A stretch of 53,382 nucleotides of DNA, counting the filler, from Bipalium vagum (lineage: Eukaryota): assembly GCA_037834085.1 (NCBI GenBank). It is 3 parts of 3 records of this genome, joined end to end, with 100 filler letters (N's around TTAATTAATTAA, not from the genome) between each part and the next. Parts side by side here need not be neighbours in the genome. Positions count along the whole stretch, not along the records: positions 37,216 to 53,382 come from JBBMKC010123885.1; 2 more parts are not named here. The stretch is one strand, 5' to 3'. How positions within the stretch are numbered: position 1 is the stretch's first letter; every line of letters begins with the position of its first letter. A program made the translations under genes and the position numbers. Positions 49,401 through 53,382 of this stretch are shown in pieces. The notes beneath the pieces are model-generated. The model had not been told where the DNA came from, did no database searches, and saw only the letters and a list, made by a program, of their open reading frames with translations.

Positions 49401-50929
49401 TTATAAATTGTTGTCATTTTTCTATTTATCATAAAATCTGGTAAACTGTTACAGCTTGCACAGATTCCCTAAAATCACATTTAAATTCACATCTTCTGGT
49501 AATCACTATTAAGTAGGATTACCCTTGCTTTTGTTTTCACATTTTCTCTATTTCTCTTTTTGTTCGTAATTTGTACAGCAGTTGGGGCTGATGGATTGCC
49601 TCAGGGCTTTTCCACAGCTTACAGGATAACTGTGATAAGATTTTGGAATTCTCATTTGAAATTTTATTGTAAAACTACATTTTTACAAATAAAAATATTT
49701 GTTATTAATCGATTTGTTTTCATTTTGTCCTATTTTATTCACAGATCCGAACTACACTCCATAAAGCCTTCTGATAGTAGTATACGTTTTGTTGAGTGAC
49801 CTAAAATCCCAATATCGATAATTTTAACTTAAAATCAGTCACTTTTAGGAACTTAAAACCATAAAATGAATTTTTCAAATGCCTTCCTTGAAATCAAACT
49901 TTTAAATATATAATAAAAATAACTTTTCATTTCCTCTTGAAGAATAATATAAATAATAATAATAAATAAATAAATTTCTCTTTGTGATTTTCCGTATTAA
50001 GAACAATAATTTTCTTGTGATTTCTGTAATGTATTTTATAAGAAAAAGTTATCAAATATCTTTTTATTTAAAGGATTATTTAAAATTTTAATTCAAAAGC
50101 AATCTTATACAACGCAAAAAGATGTTTCTTGAAGTTAAGTTTCTCCGCAACAAGAACTTAAAAATGAAAAATATCTTCATATTATTGGATTATTCTTTTA
50201 GTTTAATTTTTCATACCTTTTAATTTTCGACTTGATTATAGATCATACTTTAAAATGTTATTGGTTGTTTTGTAAATAAGCAAATTTATTTTATAATTTT
50301 TCTTTTTGAATTTATATTAATAATTTTAATGTTTTTTACAATTTTTTAAAAATTATCATATGTATTTTTCCATTTGATTTTATTATGTATTTATATTTAT
50401 ATATTCATTTTTATATATTTTTGCTATTTAAAAGTATTAGAAATTAAAGATTAATTTTTTAAGAATTAAATATAAATTAAAAATATAAATTAAAATATTT
50501 TATTTGTTTAAAATGTATTAAACTTTTTGAAATTATTTTTTATGATTATCAAATAAAATAAGAAACCACTGTCTAATATGCAAAAATCAAGTATTTGTTG
50601 AAAGACATTCATCTTTTCATTAATTTTATTACTAACTTGAAATTTAAATTTTCAAGTGAAATACTAAAGTTTTTATTTTATATCAATAAAATATATTGAT
50701 GTTAAAATTTTTATACGATAATAAAATTGTGATATCTTTAATTTTAATTATTATTGTCAACTTATTTTATCATAAAATTATTAATTATTTACTTTTTATT
50801 GCATTTACTTTTTTCCTTGTTGACAAATTGCGTTTATTTGAAAACCCTTTATGTGTTCTACAAAACCTCAGTAATTTTTTACGTCGATAAGTTAAGTTTT
50901 ATTTAAGTGTCAGAGCTTTCAAGAAAGGT

Positions 50930-51200
50930 AATTCGATGAAAAGCAACATTTCAGACATCTACTTTTATTCTCTTTTAATCAAAGTCCTAAAGTTGAAAAG
51001 ATCAAAGATTATCTGTCCTGTTTTACATAAAAAAGTTCAATTGCCCAGAGCACTGCAAAGAATTGGTTCAACAAGTTTCAAAATTAACACATTTAACTTT
51101 AAACATTCCAATTCGGCAATCCAAGTTCAATGAGGACAAGTTGATTGTTCTATTGAATGAAAAAGGGTGTTTGTGAACAGGAATGCAGATAATTGAACAA
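50930..51200 (+). mobile_element. Mariner 5' remnant
   Basis: KQHFRHLLLFSFNQ and SIAQSTAKNWFNKFQN (mariner HTH region). Confidence 0.7.
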
Positions 51201-52067
51201 GACAATTTTTCGATACTCTAAGTAAGTTATATATCTTTTAAAAAACGAAAAAGATAGTAAAATTATCTCCAAAATATCTCAATATTTAGCACCAACCGAT
51301 TGCCATGTTATGTTTGTTATTCAACTAATAAGAGGAAAGTACTTTTAAAAATGAGAAATATTCCACTACGAATTCTGGAGTAATGATATAGACAATTAGA
51401 AAGAAAATATGAATGTATGCAGTATACAGATATGGGCATGCATGTGGTGCTTATTATTTTTAATATTATTTATAGTTATCATAAAGAAATGACAAAAAGC
51501 AATTATAGAAGATAATTAATTTCACTAAAATATTACTAAAACAAAATCCATTGATATATTCGCAATGATAAAATTAATCATTTTATTCATCATTTTTAAT
51601 ATTTACTTAAGAAGAAATACTCAAAATCAATTCAATTCACTTGTAATCTGAATAATGGTCCCCGGTGTCGGAACCATTAGCAGGCATTGATTACATGATT
51701 GGCAAGAACCTAGGATAACCTATACAAAATATAGTGTTACTTAAAAACTTCATGGTATTGCGGGACTCTTATTAGAGTCTACAGTCAATTACGTTTTTAT
51801 TCCGCCCTCCCCATCCCCACCCCTAAATGGAATTGAGTTAAGAAATCCAGAGAGAACTGATTCAAGACACTCACTGAGAAAAAATATCAAAATTATAGAT
51901 CAACAAAATAAGCTGGAAGATAATTAATATGTTCGTTTTTTATCAAGATAAAATTATTAACAAATACATTGCCTAATAAATTTTGTCTTTTGTCATTTTC
52001 AAAATTAAAAATATCGTGTTTAGTAGTGTTGGGTAGCTTACTAAAACAAATTGATAAAATAAGTATT

Positions 52068-52960
52068 ACTAGGTGTAGCGTTTAATTTTACGATTATTTT
52101 GAGAAATTAAAACACATTTATTTTGAAAACCTAGTATTACATTTTAATTACCAATACCCCATCGCTAGATGCTAAACTTGTCTAAATTTTTGTTAACTTG
52201 GAAAAAAAATTTTCTTTGAACGGAGTATTAAGTTCAACCAATTTTATGTCTTCAAAATTATGGTAGCATTTATCACGTAGTCCATTTGCTGTCGATCTAA
52301 ACAAGTAATTAGATGGAACCTGATCTTGAGAGTACGGTGGATGAGGTAAACATGCTTTCCAATAAATTCCAACGCTTCTTTGATAGATTTGGCCACATGA
52401 GGTCGAGCATTGTCATGCAACAAAATCACTTTGTCGTGTCTATCAATCCATTCTGATCGTCTTTCTTCAGTCCCGGGAGTTTACTGTTTTCAAGGTAAAT
52501 ACATTTTTCCTTTCCTTGTAATTATACGAGCCAAAAATGAATTTATTATAGTTTTTTCAATAAGATTTTGCAAATTTTTTTCACTCTCACATTCAATTCG
52601 TGTTGAATCCATTATCCTTAGATTTTAATCTTTCTCATTTTACGTAGTTGATTGCTTATAGCATTTTGAGAAACGTTTATCTGTTTGAGTAATTGTTTTT
52701 GTGTTTGAATATTATCCTCTGTTAAGATGGTTACAATTTTGCGTCTTCAAAATTGCTTCTGACGATCTTTATCTTTTAAGTCAAAATCGCCTTTCCTAAA
52801 TCAATTGAACTATTGTTTAAAGGTGCCTTAAGAAGGAGTAATTTCAACTAATATATTTCTAAAATTAGACCATGATTTTCATCGACAATGTCTTTAAATT
52901 GAATAAAATAAGTATAGGTGTACAAAATGTTCTTTTGTTGGCTCATATATTGCCATGTTT
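52068..52960 (-). mobile_element. Degenerate mariner element
   Basis: [18 protein letters not shown].. C-terminus, N-terminal MAIYEPTKEHF and FRKGDFDLKD; TIR-like CTAGGTGTAGCG at ~52068. Confidence 0.8.
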
Positions 52961-53303
52961 AATTGTTAAAAATATGAAATTCTCAGTTTAATAATTTAAG
53001 TTTGTTGTTAATATAAAAATTTTAAGTATTAATTAAAGTTAAAAAAATAAATTAAATTAAATCGATAAAACAATCTGATTTTTTAATATAAAGCAAAGGA
53101 ATCTACAGAATAAACTGCTACACCTAATATATTTACTTTAAGAAAATTAACGATTATTAGTCTTCGGAACAATAAATAATATTAATCATTAGTGTCTTCA
53201 ATAATATTACACTTCAACATTATAATTTGGTAATAAAAATTAAAATTAAAAGGAATTTAATAAAATAAAATAAATATTGATAAACATTAAAACCTTAAAA
53301 ATA

Positions 53304-53332
53304 TAATAATAATAATAATATTAATACTAATC

Positions 53333-53382
<50 letters not shown>
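53304..53382. repeat. (AAT)n microsatellite running to the window end
   Basis: Directly visible; perfect from ~53334. Confidence 0.95.

Overview
Very AT-rich eukaryotic (animal) genomic DNA. The organism is inferred, not shown: the composition, dense decayed mariner copies, a 46-nt intron and insertion-rich receptor sequence resemble a triclad flatworm. Three protein-coding loci are supported: (1) an intronless 354-aa rhodopsin-class, peptide-receptor-like GPCR (7744-8808, +); (2) a complete four-exon TGF-beta-family type I receptor with a BMPR1/Tkv-like ectodomain (34270-22165, -, 719 aa by my splice model); (3) two internal exons of a GALNT1/13-like GalNAc-transferase (46442-45960, -). The rest is mostly decayed DNA transposons from at least six lineages (mariner DD34D, Tc1 DD34E, plant-type DD39D, rosa DD41D, pogo/Tigger, Merlin), plus a MITE, a tRNA-like fragment, microsatellites and three assembly gaps. 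Two of the gaps carry an artificial TTAATTAATTAA linker. The main observation is that the type I receptor has an intact reading frame and ectodomain but has lost the catalytic Asp (HRD>HRN), the alphaC Glu, the DLG Gly, the third Gly-loop Gly, the SGSGSG box and a normal L45 loop. It therefore looks like a HER3-style pseudokinase BMP receptor (decoy or scaffold co-receptor). Transposon boundaries are approximate and all family calls come from motif recognition, not database searches.
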